Part shown: in pieces, positions 36,841-43,989 of the stretch | Layout of the letters: each line of letters opens with the position of its first letter | Numbering within the stretch: position 1 is the stretch's first letter | NCBI GenBank assembly: GCA_964371525.1 | Contig: CAYJNX010000002.1 | Location: 1 to 43,989 of the forward strand | Direction: 5' to 3' | Length of the DNA: 43,989 nucleotides | Source: an uncultured Akkermansia sp. | GTDB lineage: Bacteria > Verrucomicrobiota > Verrucomicrobiia > Verrucomicrobiales > Akkermansiaceae | Notes under the pieces: generated by a model | The model's input: the letters and a program-made list of their open reading frames with translations, nothing else | Database searches by the model: none | Told to the model about the DNA's origin: nothing | Program-made: the position numbers and the translations under genes

Positions 36841-37494
36841 ATGCAAGATCAGTCAAGCTATCAAACGCCCATACCGCCAGATGATGCCACGAATGTAGAT
36901 GAGCTCAGCACACCGAAGAAGAAGTTTTCCACTCTTAGCCTCATTGGGATTATAACCACCCTTACGGCTCTCATAGGAGTAGCTATCTTTATCTATGCTG
37001 ACGTCATGTCTAAGATTCCTACACGCTCATGGAGAGAAACCACTACTGAGCTACCATGGGAGACAGAGCAATTCAGCGTAACAGATATTGAAACAAGCTG
37101 GCACTCATCCGAAGGAGATGACCGCATGAGCCGCCGTGTCGCATGCTATCCTATCATTACACTCAATCTTGAACACATCGAAAAGAGTGGTAAACTGATG
37201 GTCAGCTTCCATAATGAGAACGGCCAGCGTAAGGGCGATATCATCAGTCTTCCCTTCACCTCCAGTGGATTCAAAAAGTCAAATGACTTTAACATCACTA
37301 GCGAAGGTAATAAGGTCACCTTCTACACCCTCGCAGGCTATGAGAATAAGGATGACTATCTTTACCATCAGGTGGATTACCATGCCCCTCTATGGAGTAT
37401 AGAAGTACGCTACATGATGGATGGCGATTCCGAACCACAGCTCCTCGGAAAAACGAGTATCCAAGCCAACACGCTTGAAAAGAAGAAAGACTAA
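36841..37494 (+). CDS. Hypothetical single-TM protein
   Basis: Start MQDQSS; KKKF followed by a TM helix, then a beta-rich domain. Confidence 0.7.
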   Translation: MQDQSSYQTPIPPDDATNVDELSTPKKKFSTLSLIGIITTLTALIGVAIFIYADVMSKIPTRSWRETTTELPWETEQFSVTDIETSWHSSEGDDRMSRRVACYPIITLNLEHIEKSGKLMVSFHNENGQRKGDIISLPFTSSGFKKSNDFNITSEGNKVTFYTLAGYENKDDYLYHQVDYHAPLWSIEVRYMMDGDSEPQLLGKTSIQANTLEKKKD

Positions 37495-37520
37495 ATTTAA
37501 AGTCTATATAACAGTTACTT

Positions 37521-39455
37521 ATGCCTGAGAGCCCCCCGCCCACCTCTCTGTTACATCGCCGCTGGTTCCGCCTCCTGCTGAGTTTACTCGGCGGCGTGAT
37601 CATGGCGATGGCCTTTGTGCCCTATGATATATCCATCATCGTGTGGGTGGGACTGCTCCCCCTGCTGCTCGTGCTATGGCTGCGCCCCATGCGCTTCTGG
37701 GCGGCCTTTGGCTATGGCTGGGTCTACGGCATGGGCTGGTACTCGATCAGCTTCTGGTGGATTCATGAAGTTGGGACAGTTTTCCGCATTAATGAGTTTC
37801 TTTTTCTCGGCGTAGCCTTCATCCCTCTGATGAGCTACTATGCTATTTTTCCAGCACTCTGGGCTGGTATAGCTAGTACCTTCTTGCGACCACAGTTAAG
37901 CACTGCACCTAGTCCAGAAAGCTTCGCCGTATCGAAAAAGTTAGCACTGCCATCGGATATCTATGATGCGAAGCGCAAGGCATGGCGCGACTGGGCTATG
38001 CTGGATATGTTCTCCACCCTTCGCTCCGCTGTGGGCTTAGCAGCTCTGTGGGTATGCGTCGAGTGGCTTCGAGCGCAGGGCACACTTGGCTTCTCTTGGA
38101 ATAGCATGGGGATGGCACTGTATGATGGCTTGTCTCTGGCTCAGTGGGCGGAGTTCATCGGTACGGCGGCACTTTCCTTCTTCCCAGTTTTCTTCGCAGT
38201 CATCTGCTATGGTGCAGGCCGACGCTGTTACTTACACATGAAGGCGATGAGTAAGTCCTGCCGCCCGTGGGACTTCTATGCCGTACTGCTCTTGGTCTTT
38301 GGGCTCTTTATGGGTGGACTATCACTGGCACAGCGGTACTCAGCGACGCGCATGCTAAACGAGGAAGGCATCATAGCCCTGCCCGTTCTAGCGGTTCAGA
38401 ATAATCTTGATCAGGTGAAGAAAATCACCACCCCTCGCCATCTACGAGGCGTCTATTTTCGAGAATACCTTGAAGAAACGCGCGCAGGATTTCACCGTGT
38501 ACAGCAAGAGACACTTGCCCTTGCTCAGAAAAATCCCGAATACGGCTTCACACAACAGCTCCCCCTCTGGGTCATCTGGCCAGAGAGTGCCATGCCCTAC
38601 CCCTTCTGGCGAGACTCGCAGGTCGGAGTCCGTTTGAATGACCATGTCGCCTCGAATATCTACTTCAATGATAACTCTGGCATACCTGCCCTACGCCACG
38701 AACTCAGAGAGCTCGGCAGCACAGGCTTCGTCCTCTTTACAGGTATAGATGAATACGAAATAGTCCCCGACAATCAGGGAGCACAGAACATCAAAGGTAT
38801 GCACAATGCCATGGCCATCATTGAGGATGACTTCGACACTGTCCGTACGGTATCGAAACAGCACCTCATGCCCTTCGGTGAGTATATCCCTCTCGCTCGT
38901 GATATCGAGTGGGTAGGTCAGGCCTATGCCGAAATAACAGGAACGCAAACTGGCGACGGCATCATCCCTGGAGAAGGAACAGAACCCATATCCGTCTCTG
39001 TACCAGGTAGCGACGAGAAGATATCCGTTATTCCTGCTATCTGTTATGAGGACACGGTCGGTGGTCTCGTGCGCCAGTTCGCCCGCAAGGGCGCGCAAGT
39101 CATCGTCAATATCAGTAATGATGCGTGGTTCCATCACTCTGCCTGTGGTGAGCAGCAGGCTCGTAATGCCGCATTCCGCTGCATTGAGCTGCGTCGCCCC
39201 ATGGTGCGCGCGGCTAATCAGGGAGTCACCTGCGCGATAGGCGCGAATGGTGGATTTATCGACGAGTTACGCGACGACAAGGGGAAGCCCTACCTGAGCG
39301 GTAGCAGCTACGCCGTGCTCCCAGTAGATCCGAATGCGGGACTCACACTCTACGCACAGTTCGGAGACTGGGCAGTGCTGCTCTGCTTCCTTGTCGCCCT
39401 AGTATTAGCCATTCAGCCCCTCATTTGGAAGAAAGCATCTAAGCTTATATCATAG
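37521..39455 (+). CDS. lnt: Apolipoprotein N-acyltransferase
   Basis: TM N-terminal half; nitrilase triad WPES, KQHLMPFGEY, ICYED; NISNDAWF, RAANQG. Confidence 0.95.
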   Translation: MPESPPPTSLLHRRWFRLLLSLLGGVIMAMAFVPYDISIIVWVGLLPLLLVLWLRPMRFWAAFGYGWVYGMGWYSISFWWIHEVGTVFRINEFLFLGVAFIPLMSYYAIFPALWAGIASTFLRPQLSTAPSPESFAVSKKLALPSDIYDAKRKAWRDWAMLDMFSTLRSAVGLAALWVCVEWLRAQGTLGFSWNSMGMALYDGLSLAQWAEFIGTAALSFFPVFFAVICYGAGRRCYLHMKAMSKSCRPWDFYAVLLLVFGLFMGGLSLAQRYSATRMLNEEGIIALPVLAVQNNLDQVKKITTPRHLRGVYFREYLEETRAGFHRVQQETLALAQKNPEYGFTQQLPLWVIWPESAMPYPFWRDSQVGVRLNDHVASNIYFNDNSGIPALRHELRELGSTGFVLFTGIDEYEIVPDNQGAQNIKGMHNAMAIIEDDFDTVRTVSKQHLMPFGEYIPLARDIEWVGQAYAEITGTQTGDGIIPGEGTEPISVSVPGSDEKISVIPAICYEDTVGGLVRQFARKGAQVIVNISNDAWFHHSACGEQQARNAAFRCIELRRPMVRAANQGVTCAIGANGGFIDELRDDKGKPYLSGSSYAVLPVDPNAGLTLYAQFGDWAVLLCFLVALVLAIQPLIWKKASKLIS

Positions 39456-39459
39456 AAGC

Positions 39460-40428
39460 GTGAAGAAGCAATACCATATCGCCTTCGCCGCGGACGTCGA
39501 TTTCCAGATCCCGCTCGCACTTGCGCTCTACTCCTTAGAACGCGTAGTGACTCAGCCCGAGCGATACTGCGTGCATATCTTGCATCAGGATATTGATACG
39601 ACTCTGTATTCTTCCATAGGACTCGACCTAAGATTCTACAACGTAGCGAATGCCTTGAAGAATCTCCCGACAGCGAAAAGATTCCCTACCCCCATCTATT
39701 ACAGATTTCTACTAGCAGATATCCTGCCCCCTGACATAGAAAAGGTGCTTTACCTCGACTGTGACATCATGGTGACGAGAGACATCAGTGGACTCTGGGA
39801 TATCCCTTTAGAAGGAGCTGTGCTTGCAGCCTGTCCTTGGGTCGTATTTGGTAGCTACGCGAGCGAATACAAGCCCTTTGTGGATGAATTTCCCGCTCGC
39901 CTCGGAGTTTCCCAGCAGCTCCCTCCTGAGTATTACTATTACTCAAGCTTCCTCATGATGGATATCGCCCTGATGCGAGCCGAGAATATCAGCTCACAGC
40001 TCGTGGATGCAAGCTTAGAGCTCCCTGCGGAGAAACTCCTATGGCCAGATCAAGACGTGCTGAATTACGTCTTGCGTGACCGTATGATCTCGCTACCACT
40101 TGCTTGCAATGTCATCCCCCTCTTCGCCACTGAGATGCAGGATGAAAGTGAAGAAGCAAGAGCAGCCTACGCAGAGCCTATTATAATCCATTTCGCAGCG
40201 ACTAAGCCCAATATACTTACCGGTGCGAAGCTCCCCTATGAAAAGGAATTCTTCACCATGTGGAGACAGAGCCCATGGTCACGCTCCATTCCCTACCCCC
40301 TCGTCTCACTGCGCAAGCTTCCTACACTACTGAAAAGCATGGTAGAACTCCCCATCAAGCTCGCGATCAAGCATGATGGTCTACTGCACCTCTACGGTCG
40401 TCTTCTGAGCCTCATACGCCCAAGCTAG
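39460..40428 (+). CDS. Glycosyltransferase family 8
   Basis: YYRFLL, KVLYLDCD (DxD), DQDVLN, IIHFA..KP. Confidence 0.92.
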   Translation: MKKQYHIAFAADVDFQIPLALALYSLERVVTQPERYCVHILHQDIDTTLYSSIGLDLRFYNVANALKNLPTAKRFPTPIYYRFLLADILPPDIEKVLYLDCDIMVTRDISGLWDIPLEGAVLAACPWVVFGSYASEYKPFVDEFPARLGVSQQLPPEYYYYSSFLMMDIALMRAENISSQLVDASLELPAEKLLWPDQDVLNYVLRDRMISLPLACNVIPLFATEMQDESEEARAAYAEPIIIHFAATKPNILTGAKLPYEKEFFTMWRQSPWSRSIPYPLVSLRKLPTLLKSMVELPIKLAIKHDGLLHLYGRLLSLIRPS

Positions 40429-40446
40429 GGCGAGGTCATTACAGCA

Positions 40447-42108
40447 TTACAGTAACAAGTCCTGCGCATGAGCGCGGGCTGTATCCCCAGTCATGCCTAG
40501 CATGCGCATGAGCTCACTCACGCGCTCGTCACCTGCCACCTCGCGTAGGCGAGAAATACTACGTCCCTCCTCCACAGCCTTGCTGATGAGGTAATGATGC
40601 TCCGCTAGAGCCGCTACCTGAGGGAAGTGAGTGATGGCGATCACTTGATGATCCTCGCCCAGCTCACGCATCTTCATACCGACAGCACGGGCGATTTCAC
40701 CACCCACGTTTGCGTCGATTTCATCAAAGACCAGCAAGGGGGTGTCATCCTGCTTCGCTAGCGTACTCTTGAGAGCCAGCATCACACGAGCCATTTCACC
40801 ACTGGACGCAATCATGCGTAGCGGCTTCAGAGGCTCACCGGGGTTAGGACCGAAGAGGAAGTCCACCTCTTCCACACCATCGGGAGAAGGTGTGGTTAAA
40901 CTCTGCAATTCAATGCTAAAATGCGCCTGCGCGAAGCCGAGATGCTGTGCGTGCTTTAAGAAGTCAGCTTCCAGCTGCGGGATGCTCGCACGTCTAGCCT
41001 CACTCAGCCTATCCGCCTTCTTCATCAGAGTAGCCATAAGCTTCTCGACTTCGAGGCGCAGCTCTTCGAGGCGTTCCTCGCGATTCTCAATCGCATCGAG
41101 TCGAGCGCGGCACTGCTGGTAATGCTCGTCTATCTGCGCAAAATCGGAGCCATACTTACGCTTCAGATTCTCATAGAGAGCCATGCGCTCTTCGAGAGCC
41201 GCGAGAGCAGCAGGATCATCATCCATCTTACCGAGATAATCACGAAGATCATCCGCGAGAGACTCTAGCTCTTCTACACTCCCTTGAACTGGCTGCATGC
41301 GTGCGACCATCGAATCATCAAGTCGCTCAAGATCATGAGCCGCGCGCACGAGCTGACGCAGCTGCCCGAGAATAGAGTGCTGCTCATCCCCGCCCATCCC
41401 CTCTAGGAGCTGAAGCATGGGATGCGCGATATCACGCAGGCGCCCCGCATTACGCGCACGCTTCCAGTGATCCTCCAGCTCAGAGATCTCATCATGAGTA
41501 AAGGACGCGAGCTCTATCTCCTCCACCTGATGTCGTAGATAATCCAGCTCTCGAGCGTTTGCCATCTCGTTTTCTAAAAGCTCCTCATACTCGCGCTTTG
41601 CCTTACTCCACTCAGAATATGCCCTCTGATAGTGAAGCTTGACGGAGTTGTCGATTAAACAGGCATCGAGAAGAGCCCGCTGCCTATCCTGAGACGTCAG
41701 AGAACGGTGCGCATCTGGGTGATGCATGTCGACGAGCCCCGCCCCTATCTGACGCAGCACCTGCAAGGTCACAGGACTGTTATTGACAAACTGCCTATTC
41801 GTCGATGTCGAGATCACGCGGCGAATCAGTAGCTCCCCCCCCTCACACGGTGGCACTCCTGCATCTTCCAGATGCCTATTGATACGATCCACATGCTTGA
41901 GTTCGAAGACTGCCTCTATAGCGCACTGAGTTTCCCCACTGCGTATTAGCCCCTTATCTGCTCGCTCGCCGAGCACTAACTCGATGCCCCCCATGATAAC
42001 GGATTTTCCCGCGCCAGTCTCGCCTGTGATGCCTATAAAACCAGATTGAGGCTGCCAGATGAGCTCATCAACGAGTGCGAGATTACGAATTTTCAGGAGT
42101 GTGAGCAT
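40447..42108 (-). CDS. recN: DNA repair protein RecN
   Basis: TGETGAGKS, long coiled coil, ASSGEMARVMLALK, FDEIDANVGG, ITHFPQVAA. Confidence 0.96.
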   Translation of the reverse strand: MLTLLKIRNLALVDELIWQPQSGFIGITGETGAGKSVIMGGIELVLGERADKGLIRSGETQCAIEAVFELKHVDRINRHLEDAGVPPCEGGELLIRRVISTSTNRQFVNNSPVTLQVLRQIGAGLVDMHHPDAHRSLTSQDRQRALLDACLIDNSVKLHYQRAYSEWSKAKREYEELLENEMANARELDYLRHQVEEIELASFTHDEISELEDHWKRARNAGRLRDIAHPMLQLLEGMGGDEQHSILGQLRQLVRAAHDLERLDDSMVARMQPVQGSVEELESLADDLRDYLGKMDDDPAALAALEERMALYENLKRKYGSDFAQIDEHYQQCRARLDAIENREERLEELRLEVEKLMATLMKKADRLSEARRASIPQLEADFLKHAQHLGFAQAHFSIELQSLTTPSPDGVEEVDFLFGPNPGEPLKPLRMIASSGEMARVMLALKSTLAKQDDTPLLVFDEIDANVGGEIARAVGMKMRELGEDHQVIAITHFPQVAALAEHHYLISKAVEEGRSISRLREVAGDERVSELMRMLGMTGDTARAHAQDLLL

Positions 42109-42134
42109 ACTATTTTCTTTACCTTGTGGGCATC

Positions 42135-42163
42135 ATTATGGCATAATCGCGCGACAAAATCAA
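42135..42163 (-). promoter_or_regulatory. Promoter TTGATT-N17-CATAAT with extended -10 TG, for recN
   Basis: Read on the reverse strand in the 71-bp divergent gap. Confidence 0.5.
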
Positions 42164-42179
42164 AGGGATTTTTTCTCAG

Positions 42180-42977
42180 ATGAAACTACTTTTTTTAGGA
42201 ACAGGCACATCGACAGGCGTTCCAGTCATCGGCTGCGACTGCGAAGTTTGCCGTTCGGATAACCCGCGCGACAAGCGACTGCGCTCCTCTATACTGATCA
42301 AGACAGAGAATACCACCCTTCTCGTCGACGCTGGTACAGACCTTCGGGCTCAGGCATTAAGGCATAAGATAACAGCCATAGACGCCGTACTCTACACCCA
42401 TGCCCACCTCGACCACGTCTCAGGATTTGACGAACTACGAGCCTTCTGCTGGCATCGAGAGGAAAAGCTCCCCCTCTATGCCTATACCAGCTGCATGGAC
42501 CAGCTGAAACGCATGTACGGCTGGGCATTTTCTGTAGACAACACATACAAAGGATACATACAGCCCGAAGCGCACGAACATAATGGCATGACCCCCTTCT
42601 CTATAGGAGACATCGAGGTGACACCCGTACGCGTCGACCACGCGAGTGTCGATAGCTTCGGCTACGTCTTTCGCGCTGAAGGGCAGAGCATCGGCTACAT
42701 CTCAGATGCTAAGCATATCCCCGATGCGTCCATGCCCTTGCTCACAGGGCTTGACGTTCTGGCCATGGATGCTCTCGGGCTGAAGATCCACCCGACACAC
42801 ATGACACTCATGGAGAATATAGCCTACATGCAGACGCTCAAACCGCACCGTGGCTACACGACGCATATGGGACATGCACTCAGTGACAGCTACCTGCGCG
42901 AGACACTTCCAGATTTCATGCAAGCAGCCTACGATGGCCTAGAAATCGACCTCAGCATCGCTGCAACAGCTAATTAA
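42180..42977 (+). CDS. MBL-fold metallohydrolase (PhnP-like)
   Basis: LGTGTSTGVPVIGCDCEVC, THAHLDHVSG (HxHxDH), YISD, THMGH. Confidence 0.92.
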   Translation: MKLLFLGTGTSTGVPVIGCDCEVCRSDNPRDKRLRSSILIKTENTTLLVDAGTDLRAQALRHKITAIDAVLYTHAHLDHVSGFDELRAFCWHREEKLPLYAYTSCMDQLKRMYGWAFSVDNTYKGYIQPEAHEHNGMTPFSIGDIEVTPVRVDHASVDSFGYVFRAEGQSIGYISDAKHIPDASMPLLTGLDVLAMDALGLKIHPTHMTLMENIAYMQTLKPHRGYTTHMGHALSDSYLRETLPDFMQAAYDGLEIDLSIAATAN

Positions 42978-43037
42978 CTTCTAATTTTTTATATTTATTG
43001 TTGAGTTTTCTATAGCTTGTGGTATATATAATTCATT

Positions 43038-43475
43038 ATGAAAACAATTTTCACCATCTCAGCACTCTGCACGCTGCCAGCTATGGTTTGCGTGGCAAGC
43101 GAAGAATCTAGTTCCGATAAGATCAAACGCCTTACTGGCGAATACATCGGTGCTATAGAATCATGCATCAGCATTTTTGACAGCGTGAAATCTGGAGACA
43201 TGGAAGTCAATAACGCAGCCGCAGCCATAGGTGAAATGGGAGCCTATATCTCAGATATTAAGGCAGAGTTAGTAGGCATGGATGATGTAAAACTATCAGC
43301 TGAAGAGACCGAAGCACTGGCACTCTACTATGACTCAGAGGATCTTCAGCAGCGTATGGTAAAAATAGCAGAAGGACTGAAGGCTTCTCACGCTTATCTG
43401 GAAGAAAGCAATTATAGCAATCACGCAGATTTCAAGACCTGCTGCGAATCCTTCTTTAAGGTCGTATCAGATTAA
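43038..43475 (+). CDS. Hypothetical secreted helical protein
   Basis: Signal peptide (…VCVA-SE), acidic helices. Confidence 0.75.
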   Translation: MKTIFTISALCTLPAMVCVASEESSSDKIKRLTGEYIGAIESCISIFDSVKSGDMEVNNAAAAIGEMGAYISDIKAELVGMDDVKLSAEETEALALYYDSEDLQQRMVKIAEGLKASHAYLEESNYSNHADFKTCCESFFKVVSD

Positions 43476-43517
43476 AAATGCCATCCAAAAGAGCACCTTA
43501 TTTTACATGGATGCTCA

Positions 43518-43710
43518 AGGGCACCTTGCAAAATTAGTCCGAACAGAATGGTGATTTCGAAAATGAGCAAAACAGCACGCCTTTTGCCGCATTTTGGCGA
43601 GAGTTTTCAGCTTTTTGGGCTTACATAGCTCGCTATGCGCACCCAAACGCCGTAAATTATCATCCAAACTGCGTGCAAAATCCGAAGCTGCTAATTTTGC
43701 AAGGTCCCCT
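43518..43710. mobile_element. MITE-like element, 193 bp with 20-bp terminal inverted repeats
   Basis: Left end AGGGCACCTTGCAAAATTAG (43518-43537) versus right end CTAATTTTGCAAGGTCCCCT (43691-43710), 19/20 match; long internal palindrome 43582-43680; no transposase; no clear target-site duplication. Confidence 0.6.
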
Positions 43711-43736
43711 TATGGGGACCTTGCGAAATTAGCAGC
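43687..43736. repeat. 23-bp inverted repeat hairpin
   Basis: GCTGCTAATTTTGCAAGGTCCCC-TTAT-GGGGACCTTGCGAAATTAGCAGC, with one T.G pair. Confidence 0.9.
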
Positions 43737-43766
43737 CTCATGCTTTGGATGGCAGCTTGAGGCTAG

Positions 43767-43820
43767 CAGCTGCTGCGAGGCATCGCCCTATCGGGATAGG
43801 GAGATGCCTCGCGGTAGTTG
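43767..43820. repeat. Long imperfect hairpin
   Basis: CAGCTGCTGCGAGGCATC-G-CCCTATC-GG-GATAGGG-A-GATGCCTCGCGGTAGTTG. Confidence 0.88.
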
Positions 43821-43904
43821 ATAGACCGAGCTGACGCCAAATGATGAGACTGCGGAGCGTGGTTTTAAATCTCTGCCTTTTAATACCTTATCTTATTTTT
43901 ATGC

Positions 43905-43933
43905 TTGTTCTTTTATTGTCGTTTTGCTATAAT
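43905..43933 (+). promoter_or_regulatory. Promoter TTGTTC-N17-TATAAT with extended -10 TG
   Basis: Consensus -10; AT-rich upstream tract. Confidence 0.7.
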
Positions 43934-43952
43934 GAATGCAGATAAAATCAAT

Positions 43953-43989
43953 ATGAGCAATCAGTTATTTCCATACCGCGCATTTCTAA
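43953..43989 (+). CDS. Probable start of a CDS running off the window (MSNQLFPYRAFL...)
   Basis: ATG downstream of the promoter, open to the window edge; only 12 codons visible. Confidence 0.4.
   Translation, partial: MSNQLFPYRAFL

Noticed and set aside
43594..43821. 75-aa ORF across the palindromic element
   Set aside because: TTG start, lies entirely within inverted repeats, and shows no transposase or other motif.
1..43989. CRISPR array, tRNA/rRNA, prophage, integron or defence island
   Set aside because: I found no spaced direct repeats, cloverleafs, integrase, phage structural genes or nuclease genes; the only defence-related gene is the solitary methyltransferase.

Overview
This window is ordinary, gene-dense bacterial chromosome. 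The gene content (GH20 hexosaminidase, Ser-type sulfatase, DUF5069-like protein, TMEM43 protein, GldA/F/G-like ABC plus DUF4340 cluster) suggests an Akkermansia-like Verrucomicrobium; this is inference, as no marker gene is present. It carries housekeeping genes (argH, galE, tal, HU, parE-type topoisomerase B subunit, mutL, pgsA, cdaA, bioD, tlyA, osmC-like, prmA, tsaB, lnt, recN, dciA-like, ferredoxin), a cobalamin riboswitch ahead of a BtuB-like receptor, an orphan N6-adenine methyltransferase and several lineage-specific secreted proteins. I see no rRNA, tRNA, CRISPR array, prophage or transposase. Five things stand out beyond the annotation: (1) an unannotated 53-aa ORF after cdaA that looks like only the membrane anchor of CdaR, with a stand-alone AP2-domain gene divergent from cdaA; (2) a MutL whose endonuclease motifs are all degenerate; (3) a recurring promoter layout that predicts leaderless mRNAs, with the -10 hexamer ending 6-7 nt before the start codon in seven genes; (4) a ~340-bp nested palindromic MITE/ncRNA-like element near the right end; (5) a compact class-II-like B12 riboswitch. 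All product calls come from recognising motifs by eye; no database search was run.
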